A stretch of 64,000 nt of DNA from NCBI GenBank assembly GCA_963748255.1, contig CAVVIL010000003.1, forward strand, positions 111,938 through 175,937, read 5' to 3'. The position numbers were made by a program, and so were the translations under genes. Of the stretch, positions 7,744 to 17,364 are shown piece by piece; within the stretch, counting starts at the first letter, position 1, and the number at the start of each line of letters is the position of its first letter. The stretch is from an uncultured Actinomycetes bacterium. Lineage in GTDB: Bacteria; Actinomycetota; Thermoleophilia; Gaiellales; Gaiellaceae. Under the pieces are notes generated by a model. It saw nothing but the letters and a program-made list of their open reading frames with translations, was not told where the DNA came from and searched no databases.

Positions 7744-10644
7744 TCACGCGGCGGCTCCCACGGCCTCGGGGGCGAGGGCGACGGCGGCGCGGATCGCGTC
7801 GAGGTCGAGCTCGCCGAGCCAGTCGTCGGCGCGACCGGCGAGCACCTGCGCGGCGAGCTCGCGCTTCGCGTCGAGCAGCTGGTCGATCCGCTCCTCGACC
7901 GTCGCCGTGCAGACGAGGCTCGTGACGTGGACGGGCTTGCGCTGGCCGAGACGATGGACGCGGTCGGTGGCCTGCTGCTCGACCGCCGGGTTCCACCAGC
8001 GGTCGAAGTGGATCACGTGGTTCGCCGCCGGGAGGTTGAGCCCGCGGCCGCCGGCCCGCAGCGAGACGACGAGCAGCGACGGGCCGTCCACGCGGTCGAA
8101 GCGGGCGAGCAGCTCGTCGCGCGCCCGCGCCGAGAGACCGCCGTGGAAGAAGCCGACGTCCCGCCCGAGCCGCGACCCGAGATGGGGCGCGAGGCGCCCG
8201 AAGCCCGGGTACTGGGTGAAGACGAGCGCCTTGTCGTCCGCCGGGACGTCCGCCAGCAGCTCGACGAGCCGCTCGAGCTTTCCGGAGCGCCCCTCGAGCG
8301 GCCGGCCGGTGGGGACGACGAGCTCGGGGTGATTGCAGAGCTGCTTCAGCTGGCCGAGCATCGCGAGCACGGCGCCGCGGCGGTCGAACCGGCGCTCGTG
8401 CTGCTCGATCTGCGGCAGCCAGCGGTCGACGACAGCCTGGTAGAGGCCCGCCTGCTCGACCGTCAGGTTGCAGCCGACCTTGGTGATCGTGATCGGCGGG
8501 AGCTCCAGGTCGACCTCGGGCGCGTCCTTCGTCCGGCGGAGGACGAACGGCCCGACGAGCGCGCGCAGGCGCTCGAGGGCATGGGCGTCGCGCCGCACCT
8601 CGATCGGGCGCGCGAAGCTCCGCTCGAACGCCTCGCGCGACCCGAGCAGCCCGGGGTTGACCAGCTCCATGATCGCCCAGAGCTCCCCGAGGCGGTTCTC
8701 GATCGGCGTGCCGGTGAGCGCGAGCGTCCGGTTGCGCGGGACGCGCCGCAAGGCGCGGTGGCGCTTCGTCCGGGCGTTCTTCACGTCCTGCGCCTCGTCC
8801 AGGAGCAGCCGGTCCCACGTGATCGCCGCGAGGAGGTCGGCGTCGCGTGTCGCGACGTCGTAGGACGTGATGACGACGTCGTTGCTCGCCGCCGCGGCGA
8901 GGAACGCCGCGCCGCGGAGCCGCGTCGGCCCGTGGTGGACGTGGACGCGCAGGCCGGGCGCGAACCGGGCGACCTCGCGGCCCCACTGTTGCGAGACGCT
9001 CATCGGGCAGACGACGAGCGTGGGGCCGATCCCGGGGTGCTCCTGTCGCTCCGAGACGAGCGCGGCGATCGCCTGCACCGTCTTGCCGAGCCCCATGTCG
9101 TCGGCGAGGATTCCGCCCACCCGGAGGTCGCCCAGCAGCCGGAGCCAGCCGTGGCCCCGCTCCTGGAACGGGAAGAGGTCGTGGCGCATGCCCGGCGGGG
9201 TCGGGAGCGACCGGTACCGGCGCTCGCCCGCGTCGGCAAGCAGCTCGTCGAGCGCGGCATCGAGCCGGACCTGGCCGAGCTGGACGCCCGCCTCGTCGGT
9301 CTCGAGCCCGGCTGCGGCCCGCGCGAGCTCGATCACGCCGACCGACCGCTCCCGGCGCTCGAGGAACCGCAGGGCGCGCTCGACCTCGGCGGGCCGGAGC
9401 GTGTGCCACCGTCCGCGCAGGCGGATGAGCGGCTCCTTCGAGGCGGCGAGCTCGGCGAGCTCCTCCGGGGTCAGCTCGACGTCCCCGATCGCGAGCCGCC
9501 AGTCGAACGACGCGATCGCCTCGCGGGTCAGGATGCCGCTCGACGGGGCGGCCGGGGTCGTAGCGACGAGGTTGACGCTGATGCGGCTCGCCGTCGCCAC
9601 CCACTCCCGGGGCAGGCGCACCGGGACGCCGAGCTGCTCCAGCCGCGGGAGCCCCTCGCGCATGAAAGCGCCCACCTGCGCGTGGTCGAGCTCGACCGCG
9701 CTCGGCGGATCGCCGCGGAGCTCGATGCCGGCGCTCTCGAGGACGGGTGCGATCAGCTGCAGCCGGAGCTCGAGCGCGCGCCGCGGGTCGCTCTCGCGCA
9801 GGAACGCGAACACCTCGTCGCTCCCGTCGCGCAGCAGGCTCGCGGGGAGCGCGAGCGTCGGGTCGTCGGCCGCCTCGAGCCAGAGCTCGAGGACGACGGC
9901 GCCCTCCCCGGCGCCCGCTTCCGGCTCGTCGAGGCGGAGGCCGAGGTTCCACGGCGCGCGCGAGCGGCGGGAGAGGCCCTCGTCGACCCACGACGCGAGC
10001 CGTCGCTCGAGCGCGGGGTAGCCGGCGTGCGCGGGGAGCGCGGGGCTCGGCGCGGCCAGCCCCGCGAGGAAGTGCTCGACGGCGCTCGAGGCGCGCCGGC
10101 CGGCCGCCGCAGGAACGAGCGGCACGGTACGCAGTGCCCGCCGCGCGAGCTCGTCGACCGCGCAGCCGTAGAGGTCGTGGACGAATGCATCGGTGTCGCC
10201 GTCGAACGCGTCGGCCGCCGCCGCGGGCGCAGCATGCGCGAGCGCCGCCAGCTCGTCGCGCACCCGCTCGTCGAGCGTGGCACCCCAGAGCGCGTGCCAG
10301 CGGCCGTCGGCCGCCTCGAGGTGCGGGTGCACCAGACCCGACGCGACGGAGCGCCGTGCAGCCCGGACGATCTCGAAGACGATCAGGGCGCTCCCGCCGG
10401 GCACCACACCCTCCGGCGGGTCGTCGACGAGGTCGAGCAGCTCGTCGAGCTCGACAAGCCGCGCGGCGACGCCGCGCTCGGCGAGGCCGAGGTCGGCGAC
10501 GGCGGGCATCCCGAGCTGCAGGTCGCCCGCCGAGAGCGTCCCGTCGGCGCCCCGGACGAGCGCGAAGGCGCTCGCGTCCTGCTGCCACAGGAGCTCGAAC
10601 GTCGCAGCCGCGTGCGCGGAGGCGTGGGCGGCGTGCTCGGACAC
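7744..10644 (-). CDS. SNF2-family DEAD/DEAH-box helicase (HelZ/RapA-like)
   Basis: 966-aa ORF. LADDMGLGKT (motif I), LLLDEAQDVKN (motif II), LTGTPIENRLGELW, C-terminal helicase block FHGGLS...GGRGLNL...HFDRWWNPAVEQQATDRVHRLGQ. Confidence 0.92.
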   Translation of the reverse strand: MSEHAAHASAHAAATFELLWQQDASAFALVRGADGTLSAGDLQLGMPAVADLGLAERGVAARLVELDELLDLVDDPPEGVVPGGSALIVFEIVRAARRSVASGLVHPHLEAADGRWHALWGATLDERVRDELAALAHAAPAAAADAFDGDTDAFVHDLYGCAVDELARRALRTVPLVPAAAGRRASSAVEHFLAGLAAPSPALPAHAGYPALERRLASWVDEGLSRRSRAPWNLGLRLDEPEAGAGEGAVVLELWLEAADDPTLALPASLLRDGSDEVFAFLRESDPRRALELRLQLIAPVLESAGIELRGDPPSAVELDHAQVGAFMREGLPRLEQLGVPVRLPREWVATASRISVNLVATTPAAPSSGILTREAIASFDWRLAIGDVELTPEELAELAASKEPLIRLRGRWHTLRPAEVERALRFLERRERSVGVIELARAAAGLETDEAGVQLGQVRLDAALDELLADAGERRYRSLPTPPGMRHDLFPFQERGHGWLRLLGDLRVGGILADDMGLGKTVQAIAALVSERQEHPGIGPTLVVCPMSVSQQWGREVARFAPGLRVHVHHGPTRLRGAAFLAAAASNDVVITSYDVATRDADLLAAITWDRLLLDEAQDVKNARTKRHRALRRVPRNRTLALTGTPIENRLGELWAIMELVNPGLLGSREAFERSFARPIEVRRDAHALERLRALVGPFVLRRTKDAPEVDLELPPITITKVGCNLTVEQAGLYQAVVDRWLPQIEQHERRFDRRGAVLAMLGQLKQLCNHPELVVPTGRPLEGRSGKLERLVELLADVPADDKALVFTQYPGFGRLAPHLGSRLGRDVGFFHGGLSARARDELLARFDRVDGPSLLVVSLRAGGRGLNLPAANHVIHFDRWWNPAVEQQATDRVHRLGQRKPVHVTSLVCTATVEERIDQLLDAKRELAAQVLAGRADDWLGELDLDAIRAAVALAPEAVGAAA

Positions 10645-10719
10645 GAACCTTCAAGGATAGGCGCAACGTCTGCTGTCGCCGCGGGCACCGGGAGGCGCGG
10701 GCGGTCGGACGGCCGCTCG

Positions 10720-10725
10720 TAGACT
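10720..10725 (+). promoter_or_regulatory. Candidate -10 hexamer (TAGACT), 6 nt upstream of the GTG start; would give a leaderless mRNA
   Basis: TAGACT (TAnnnT) at 10720-10725 and GTG at 10732. No Shine-Dalgarno sequence fits between them. Confidence 0.3.
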
Positions 10726-10731
10726 CGGGGC

Positions 10732-13700
10732 GTGTCGGCGACCTGCCCGTCCTGTGGCTCGACCGTGCCGCCGGGCAGCCGCTTCTGTCCCGCGTGCGGC
10801 ACGAGCCTCTTCCGCGCCTGCCACGCCTGCGGCGCGGAGCAGCCGAGCTCGGCCGCCTTCTGCTCGGAGTGCGGCGTGGCGCTGCAGCCCGGCGCGCGCC
10901 GCGGGGGAGCGACGATCGACCACGAGGAGCGCCGCGTCGTGACGATCCTCTTCGCCGACCTCGCCGGGTCGACGGCGCTCGGCGAGCGGATCGACCCGGA
11001 AGACCTGCGCGCGCTCCAGGGAGAGCTCTACACCTTCATGGACGACGAGGTCGTGCGGTTCGGCGGAACGACGGAGAAGTTCGCCGGGGACGCGATCCTC
11101 GCGGTCTTCGGCGTGCCGCAGGCGCACGAGGACGACCCGGAGCGGGCCGTCCGTGCCGCGCTCGCGATCCGCGCGCGCTTCGGCGCGTTCGCCGGCCGCG
11201 TCGCCACCGCCCACGGCGGCACCGTGGGGATCCGCCTCGGGGTCGAGACGGGCGAGGTCGTCGCAGGTCGCGACGCCGTCTCGCGGGGCGAGCTGATGGT
11301 CACCGGCGACGTGGTGAACGTCGCCGCGCGGCTCCAGCAGCTCGCGGCCCCCGGCGAGATCCTCGTGGGCGAGCGCGCGCACGCGGCGACCCAGCGCGCG
11401 ATCGGCTACGGCGGGCGCCGCTTGCTCGACGCGAAGGGGAAGTCCGAGCCGGTGCCGGCCTGGGATGCGCAGGTAGCGGGCGCGGGCGGCGGCCGGGAGG
11501 CCCGGGGGCCGTTCGTCGGCCGGGGCGACGAGCTCGCGCTCCTCCGGCTCGCCGCGAGCCGTGTCGTCCGCGAGCGCCGCCCGCAGCTCGTGACGGTCTT
11601 CGGGCAGGCAGGTGTCGGCAAGAGCCGCCTCGTCTCCGAGTTCGCGGACGGGCTCGACGGCGCCCGTGTCCTGACGGGCCGCTGCGTGCCGTACGGCGAC
11701 GGCATCACGTACCTCCCCCTCGCCGAGGTGGCGGGGGCGCTCGCCGGGATCCGCGAGGACGAGCCCGCGGAGGCGGCCATCGCGAAGCTCGGGCGCGCGG
11801 TCGCGGAGACCGTGCCGGCGGAGCAGCGGGCGACCGTCACGGAGGCGCTCGGCTGGACGATGGGCCTCTCGCTGCCCGGCCGGTCGGCCGGCCTCGGATC
11901 CGGTGGGGAAGCGCGAGCCGCGCTCCACGAGGCGTGGACGACGTACCTCACGCTTCTCGGGCGCGAGGGGCTGCTGGTGCTCGTGATCGAGGACGTGCAC
12001 TGGGCTTCCGAGTCGCTGCTCGACCTCCTCGAGCATCTGACCGCGGGTCTCGAGGACACCGCCGTCCTGCTCGTCTGCCCGGCGCGCCCCGAGCTGCTCG
12101 ACCTGCGACCGACGTGGGGCACGGGCCGTCTGGACGTCTCCGCGGTGACGCTCGGACGGCTGACCGACGCCGACTCCGAGGGGCTGCTGCGCGCGCTGCT
12201 CGGCGCGAGCGAGATCCCCGACGAGGTGGCAGACCGCATCCTGCAGCCCGCGGACGGCAACCCCTTCTACCTCGAGGAGATGCTCGCGATGCTCGTCGAG
12301 CGCGGCGCGATCGCGCGGCGCGACGGCGGCTGGGTCGCGACCGAGGCGCTCTCCGAGACGAGCGTCCCCGACTCGATCCACGGGGTCATCGCGGCGCGCC
12401 TCGACCTCCTCGAGGCCGCGGAGCGGGAGGCCCTGCGGCGCTGCTCGGTCATGGGCCGCGTGTTCTGGCCGTCGGCCGTCGGCGTGGACGAGGACCTCGT
12501 GGCCGGGCTCGGGCGCCGCACCCTCGTCTCCGAGTCCCCCGACTCGGCGTTCTCCGGGCGCCGCGAGTTCGTGTTCAAGCACGCGCTGACCCACGAGGTC
12601 GCGTACGCGACGCTGCCCCGCTACGAGCGCGGCGAGCTGCACCGGCGCGCCGCGGAGTGGCTGGCCGAGGCAGTCCCCGACCGGCAGGCGGAGACGACGG
12701 AGCTGATCGCGTTCCACTTCGACGAGGCGCTCCGCTGGGGCGACGAGGCCGAGGGACTCCGAGAGCGTGCGTACGCGGCGGCGCTCTCGGCCGGCGACTC
12801 CGCGTTCCGGCGCGGCACGCCGGGCGCCGCGAGGCGCCTGCTCGGCCGCGCGCTCGAGCTCGCGGCGACGCCGGTCGAGCGTGCTCCGGCGCTCGTCCTC
12901 GCGGCGCACGTGGAGATCCACGAGGCCCAGTACGAGCGGGCGCTCGAGCACCTCGCCGAGGCGGTCGGGACCGCCGGGTCGGAGGGCGACGTCCAGCTGC
13001 TCGCCGACGCCCTGGGCCTCCGCGCGCGCGCCTCATGGCTGCGCGGGCAATGGACGGCTGCGCTCGAGGCGGCGGAGACCGCCGTGGCGAGCCTCGACGG
13101 GGAGCCCGAGTCGCCGTCGCTCGCCCGGGCGCTCGGCCGCCTCGCGCAGCTCCAGATGCTGCGCGCGCTGCCGTCCGCCGAGGCGACGTCCCTGGAGGCG
13201 ATCGAGGTCGCGCGGCGCACGGGCGAGCGGGCGGCCGAGGCCAACGCCCTCATCAACCTGTTCACCGCCCGTTCGAACCGCGGTCTCCTGCCCGAGGCAG
13301 GCGAGGTCGCGGCGGTGGTCGACCTTGCGCGGGCGGCGGGCGCGCACGACGAGGCGACACGTGCGGTCGTCAACTACCTCTGGGCCGCCTCGGTCGTGCG
13401 GCCGCTCGCCGGAGTCGAGCAGTTCGTCTCGAACATGACGCCCTCACTCGAGCGAGGCCTCGCCGCGGAGCAGTACGGCTACTACCTCGAGCTCTCGCTC
13501 GGCGCCCTCGTCTACGTCCCCATGGGCCGCTGGGACGCTGCGGACGACGTCCTCGCGCACGGTGAGCCGTCGGTGGCCACCAACCGGCTGGTCTGGCTCT
13601 GGCTCGTCACGGGGCTCGCGTTGCGCCGCGGCGACCTCGAGCTCGTCGACCACCACCTGCCCGAGCTCCGCGCCAGCGCGCTCGCGAGCGAGGAGCCGCA

Positions 13701-14166
13701 GCGCATCGTGCCGATGGTCGGCGTCGCGATCCCGCGTGCAGTCGTCGCGGGCGACCGCAAGGACGCGAGCAACCTCGCGCAGATCGTGCTCGGGCTCCGT
13801 CGGTCGCAGTACTCCCTCTCGGCGCCTGCGCTCGCGGCGGTGCGCGGGCTGGCGGCGCTCGGCGACCGCGAGGCGCTGGAGCTGATCGTCGACGCGCTCG
13901 CGGCGGCGCCCGACGAGACGCGCGTCGTCACCGGCACGGCGCTCGCGGCTGTCGCCGCGCTCGAGGACCGACACGACGATGCCGCCACGGAGCTGCTCAC
14001 GGTCGAGCAGACCCTCCGGAGGCTCGACCGTCACTACGACGCGGCCTGCGTGGCGCTCGACCGCGCTGCGAGCCTCGAGCGCCTCGGCGACGAGCGCGGC
14101 GCCGGCGAGGCACGCGACCGGGCGAACGCCTTGCTCGTGCCGCTCGGCTGCCGCTACCCGTACTGA
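10732..14166 (+). CDS. Multidomain signalling protein: double zinc ribbon + class III adenylate/guanylate cyclase + AAA/STAND ATPase + TPR-like repeats
   Basis: N-terminus has CPSCG...CPACG and CHACG...CSECG. Cyclase core: VTILFADLAGST...KFAGDAILAVFG...GDVVNVAARL. Walker A: VFGQAGVGKS. About 600 aa of helical repeats follow. No C-terminal HTH seen. Confidence 0.85.
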   Translation: MSATCPSCGSTVPPGSRFCPACGTSLFRACHACGAEQPSSAAFCSECGVALQPGARRGGATIDHEERRVVTILFADLAGSTALGERIDPEDLRALQGELYTFMDDEVVRFGGTTEKFAGDAILAVFGVPQAHEDDPERAVRAALAIRARFGAFAGRVATAHGGTVGIRLGVETGEVVAGRDAVSRGELMVTGDVVNVAARLQQLAAPGEILVGERAHAATQRAIGYGGRRLLDAKGKSEPVPAWDAQVAGAGGGREARGPFVGRGDELALLRLAASRVVRERRPQLVTVFGQAGVGKSRLVSEFADGLDGARVLTGRCVPYGDGITYLPLAEVAGALAGIREDEPAEAAIAKLGRAVAETVPAEQRATVTEALGWTMGLSLPGRSAGLGSGGEARAALHEAWTTYLTLLGREGLLVLVIEDVHWASESLLDLLEHLTAGLEDTAVLLVCPARPELLDLRPTWGTGRLDVSAVTLGRLTDADSEGLLRALLGASEIPDEVADRILQPADGNPFYLEEMLAMLVERGAIARRDGGWVATEALSETSVPDSIHGVIAARLDLLEAAEREALRRCSVMGRVFWPSAVGVDEDLVAGLGRRTLVSESPDSAFSGRREFVFKHALTHEVAYATLPRYERGELHRRAAEWLAEAVPDRQAETTELIAFHFDEALRWGDEAEGLRERAYAAALSAGDSAFRRGTPGAARRLLGRALELAATPVERAPALVLAAHVEIHEAQYERALEHLAEAVGTAGSEGDVQLLADALGLRARASWLRGQWTAALEAAETAVASLDGEPESPSLARALGRLAQLQMLRALPSAEATSLEAIEVARRTGERAAEANALINLFTARSNRGLLPEAGEVAAVVDLARAAGAHDEATRAVVNYLWAASVVRPLAGVEQFVSNMTPSLERGLAAEQYGYYLELSLGALVYVPMGRWDAADDVLAHGEPSVATNRLVWLWLVTGLALRRGDLELVDHHLPELRASALASEEPQRIVPMVGVAIPRAVVAGDRKDASNLAQIVLGLRRSQYSLSAPALAAVRGLAALGDREALELIVDALAAAPDETRVVTGTALAAVAALEDRHDDAATELLTVEQTLRRLDRHYDAACVALDRAASLERLGDERGAGEARDRANALLVPLGCRYPY

Positions 14167-14169
14167 CCG

Positions 14170-14577
14170 CTAGTCGTCGACCGAGCTGGAGACGAACGCC
14201 GCGACGTCGTTGATCTCCTGCGCGGAGAGGTCGTCCTTGAAGGACGGCATCGCGCCCTGCCCGTTCGTGACCCGCTCGACGACCTTGTCGTACGACGGCG
14301 ACGCGTCGTCGAGGTCGGGGCCGACGCTGCCGTTCGTCCCCGCCGCGGAAAGGGTGTGGCAGCCGCCGCAGCCGGCCGTCGCGAACACCTCCTCGCCGTT
14401 GGCGACGTCGCCCTCGACCGGCTCGTCGGTCGTCGCCCCGCCGTCCTCGTCCGTCTCGGTCCCGCCGGTGGTCTCGGTCACCGTGGGCGTCGCCGTGTCC
14501 TCGTCGTCGCCGCCGCACCCGGCGGCGACGAGGGCCAGGGCGACCACGACGAGCGCGCAGGCTGCGAAGAACCTCAT
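14170..14577 (-). CDS. Class I c-type cytochrome, lipoprotein
   Basis: Lipobox LVAAGC, Thr/Asp/Glu-rich linker, heme motif CGGCH, and a distal Met in NGQGAMPSF. Confidence 0.85.
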   Translation of the reverse strand: MRFFAACALVVVALALVAAGCGGDDEDTATPTVTETTGGTETDEDGGATTDEPVEGDVANGEEVFATAGCGGCHTLSAAGTNGSVGPDLDDASPSYDKVVERVTNGQGAMPSFKDDLSAQEINDVAAFVSSSVDD

Positions 14578-14620
14578 CGACCACGATTCTTACCCGGCGC
14601 GGAGCCGGCGGCAAACGCCG

Positions 14621-17008
14621 TCAGGGGCCGAGGTGGACGATCGTCGCGCCATCGGCGGAGTCCGACTCGTGCGAGCCGACGAGCGGATGTCGCGCGAGCT
14701 CGTCGCGCACCGCGGCACGGATCGCGCCCGTCCCGCGGCCGTGGATGACGCGCACCTCGTCCCGCCCGGCGAGCGCCGCCGTGTCCACGAACGCGCGGAG
14801 CGCCTCGCGCGCCTCCTGGGCCGTCCGGCCGCGCAGGTCGAGCTCGGCGGGCGCGTCCGTCGGCGCCGGCGCGCGGATCGTGACGGCGGGCTCAGGCGGC
14901 GCGTCGGCGGCCGCGTCGCGATCCGGTCGGAGCCGGGCGAGGGGCACGCGGACCCGGAGGCCGCCGCGGCCCGTGACGACCGCCTCGTCCTTTGCGATCT
15001 CGTCGATCGTCCCGCGCACGCCGAGCGAGGGCGCGACGACGGGGTCGCCGGGCGCGAGCGGCGCGGTCACCGGGAGGGGCTCGTCCAGCTCGCGCAGCGC
15101 GCGCCCGGCGCGGGCGGCGCGCTCCGAGGCGGCCCCGAGGCGGCGGTCGCGCTCGCGCTCCTTCGCGAGCGCCTTCGGCGAGCTCGCCCGCCTTCGCTCC
15201 CGCTCGAGCCCGCGCGCGGCCCGGATCTCGGCGCGCAGCGCGTCGAGCTCGGCCCGGGTGCCCGCCAGCTCGCGCTCTGCCTGCGCCGTGGCCCGCTCGC
15301 GCTCGGCCTGCGCCGACGCGCGCACCCGCTCGAGCTCCGCCTCGAGCTCGGCCACCCGCTCGTCCGCCTCCTGCCGCGACCGCGTGGCCGCGAGGCGCTC
15401 CGCCACGGCGCTCTCGCGCTCGTCCGCCGCACGGCTCTCCGCCGCCTCGGCCTCGGCGAGCAGCTCGGCGACGCGCAGGCGCTCGGGGGCGACGTGCGTG
15501 CGGGCCGCCTCCACGAGCTCGTCGGGCAGCCCGAGCTGACCTGCGATGCGGAGCGCGTGCGACGTGCCGGGCCGGCCGAGCGCGATGCGGTAGAGCGGCG
15601 CGCCCGTGTCGGCGTCGAAGCCCGTCGCGGCGTTCGCGACGCCCTCGGTCGCGCTGGCCCACTCCTTGAGCTCCGCGTAGTGGCTCGTGACGACCGTCAG
15701 CCTCGCCTGTCGGGCGAGCCGGCCGACGAGCGCCCGGGCGAGCGCCGCACCCTCGACGGGGTCCGTGCCCGCCGCGACCTCGTCGAGGAGGACGAGCGAC
15801 CGCCCGGTCGCGCCGCCGAGGATCTCGACGAGGTTCCGGACGTGACCCGAGAAGGTCGAGAGGCTCATCGCGATCGACTGCTCGTCGCCGATGTCCGCGA
15901 GCACCGCGTCGAAGACCGGGAGCTCGAGGTGGTCGGCTGGCGGTCGCAGGCCGCACTGGTGGAGAAGCGCCGCCAGCCCCAGCGTCTTGAGCGCGACGGT
16001 CTTCCCACCGGTGTTCGGGCCGCTGATCACCAGCGCGCGGAGCGAGCCGAGCTCGAGCTCGATGGGCACCGCGGTCGCCCGGTCGAGCAGCGGATGGCGG
16101 GCGCCGCGCAGGACGACCGTCTCTGCGATCTCGACCGTTGTGCCCCGCCAGCTGCGGGAGAGCCTCCCGCACGCGAGCGCGAGGTCGATCTGCGCGACGC
16201 TCTCGACGAGCGCGACGAGCGACGCCTCGTGCTCGCCGACCCGGCGCGAGAGCGCCCGCAGGATGCGTTCGACCTCCTCGCGCTCGGCGCTCTCCGCCTC
16301 GCGGAGCCGGTTCGACTCGTCGACGACGGCGAACGGCTCGACGAAGAGGGTCTGGCCCGACCCCGAGCTGTCGTGGACGATCCCGGGCACCGCCGCCCGC
16401 GCGGTCGCGCGGAGGGCGAGCACCGGCCGTCCGGCGCGCTCGGTGACGAAGTCGTCCTGGAGGTGCTCGCGGACTGCGGGTTCGCGGGCGAAGGCGCGCA
16501 GGCGCTCCGCGAGCCGCGCGCGACCGCCACGGAGCTCGCGTCGCAGGCGCCGGAGGGCGGGGGACGCGCCGTCGCGGAGGTCGGAGCCGTCGGGCTCGAC
16601 GGCCGCCCCGAGCTCCTTCGCAAGGGCGCCGAGCGAGGCGTCGATCCCGCCCGCGATGGCCGCGAGCCGCGGGACCTCGTCGAGCGCGTCGAGCCCGGCC
16701 CGCGCGGCGAGCCCCGTCTCGATCGAGCGGGCGGTCGCCGACAGGGTCGCCGGATCGAGGACGCTGCCGCGCGCCGCCGTCGCGGCCGCGTCGGTGACGT
16801 CGGAGACGTCCGCGAGCTCGGGCTCGGCGGACTGCTCGAGCACCGCGATCGCCTCGCTCGTGAGGGCCTGCCGGCCGACCACCTCGTCGACGTCGTCCGT
16901 CGGCGCGAGCGCAACCGCCCGCGCCGCGCCCGCGGCGCTCTCGGCGAGAGCCGCGAGCCGCTCGAGGATCGCCGGGAGCTCGAGCAGTTCGAGCGCGTGC
17001 CGCTCCAT
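14621..17008 (-). CDS. mutS2: Endonuclease MutS2 (MutS domain V ATPase + C-terminal Smr)
   Basis: 795 aa. Walker A GPNTGGKTVALKT, LVLLDEVAAGTDP, coiled-coil Ala/Glu/Arg region, Smr domain ELDLRGRTAQEA...VRVIHGRGTGAIR. Confidence 0.92.
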   Translation of the reverse strand: MERHALELLELPAILERLAALAESAAGAARAVALAPTDDVDEVVGRQALTSEAIAVLEQSAEPELADVSDVTDAAATAARGSVLDPATLSATARSIETGLAARAGLDALDEVPRLAAIAGGIDASLGALAKELGAAVEPDGSDLRDGASPALRRLRRELRGGRARLAERLRAFAREPAVREHLQDDFVTERAGRPVLALRATARAAVPGIVHDSSGSGQTLFVEPFAVVDESNRLREAESAEREEVERILRALSRRVGEHEASLVALVESVAQIDLALACGRLSRSWRGTTVEIAETVVLRGARHPLLDRATAVPIELELGSLRALVISGPNTGGKTVALKTLGLAALLHQCGLRPPADHLELPVFDAVLADIGDEQSIAMSLSTFSGHVRNLVEILGGATGRSLVLLDEVAAGTDPVEGAALARALVGRLARQARLTVVTSHYAELKEWASATEGVANAATGFDADTGAPLYRIALGRPGTSHALRIAGQLGLPDELVEAARTHVAPERLRVAELLAEAEAAESRAADERESAVAERLAATRSRQEADERVAELEAELERVRASAQAERERATAQAERELAGTRAELDALRAEIRAARGLERERRRASSPKALAKERERDRRLGAASERAARAGRALRELDEPLPVTAPLAPGDPVVAPSLGVRGTIDEIAKDEAVVTGRGGLRVRVPLARLRPDRDAAADAPPEPAVTIRAPAPTDAPAELDLRGRTAQEAREALRAFVDTAALAGRDEVRVIHGRGTGAIRAAVRDELARHPLVGSHESDSADGATIVHLGP

Positions 17009-17058
17009 CGCCCGAGTCTAGGGCCAGCCGCGAGCGGCTCTCGGCGGAGCGCCGGCCC

Positions 17059-17364
17059 TCACAGGGCCCGGACGAGGGCGGCTGCGATCGCGGCCACCGC
17101 GATGACCACGAGCAGCGGCGCCCGGAGGACGATCGCCGCGACGGCTGCGGCGATGCCCACCGCCCGTGCGTCGACGACCAACGTGCGGCCCGTGGCGAAG
17201 GTCGAGACGACGACGAGCGCCGCGAGCAGGGTCGGCGCGAGCAGCGCCACGACCCCTGCGAGCCGCGGAGGCAGCTGTCGCCCGCCGATCATCACCGGAC
17301 CGAGCGCCTTGAAGACGACGGTGCAGGCCCCGATCGCGAGCACGACGATCCAGGGGTCGCTCAT
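17059..17364 (-). CDS. azlD: Branched-chain amino acid exporter small subunit AzlD
   Basis: 101-aa polytopic hydrophobic protein. The ATG overlaps the stop of azlC (ATGA at 17361-17364). Confidence 0.75.
   Translation of the reverse strand: MSDPWIVVLAIGACTVVFKALGPVMIGGRQLPPRLAGVVALLAPTLLAALVVVSTFATGRTLVVDARAVGIAAAVAAIVLRAPLLVVIAVAAIAAALVRAL

Noticed and set aside
7007-13565. Very long ORFs in the six-frame track, for example 7007-10666 (1219 aa), 7453-10722 (1089 aa), 9747-13565 (1272 aa) and 35274-37841 (855 aa).
   Set aside because: Their translations are Arg/Pro/Ala/Gly low-complexity strings. This is typical of out-of-frame or antisense reading of 72% GC coding DNA, where stop codons are rare. 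Each overlaps a gene with clear family motifs in another frame.
6600-14166. SNF2 helicase plus STAND-ATPase neighbourhood as a possible anti-phage defence island.
   Set aside because: There are no nuclease, methyltransferase, TIR/SIR2, reverse-transcriptase or mobile-element genes. The SNF2/SWIM pair is a conserved chromosomal module in Actinomycetota, and the flanking genes are housekeeping.
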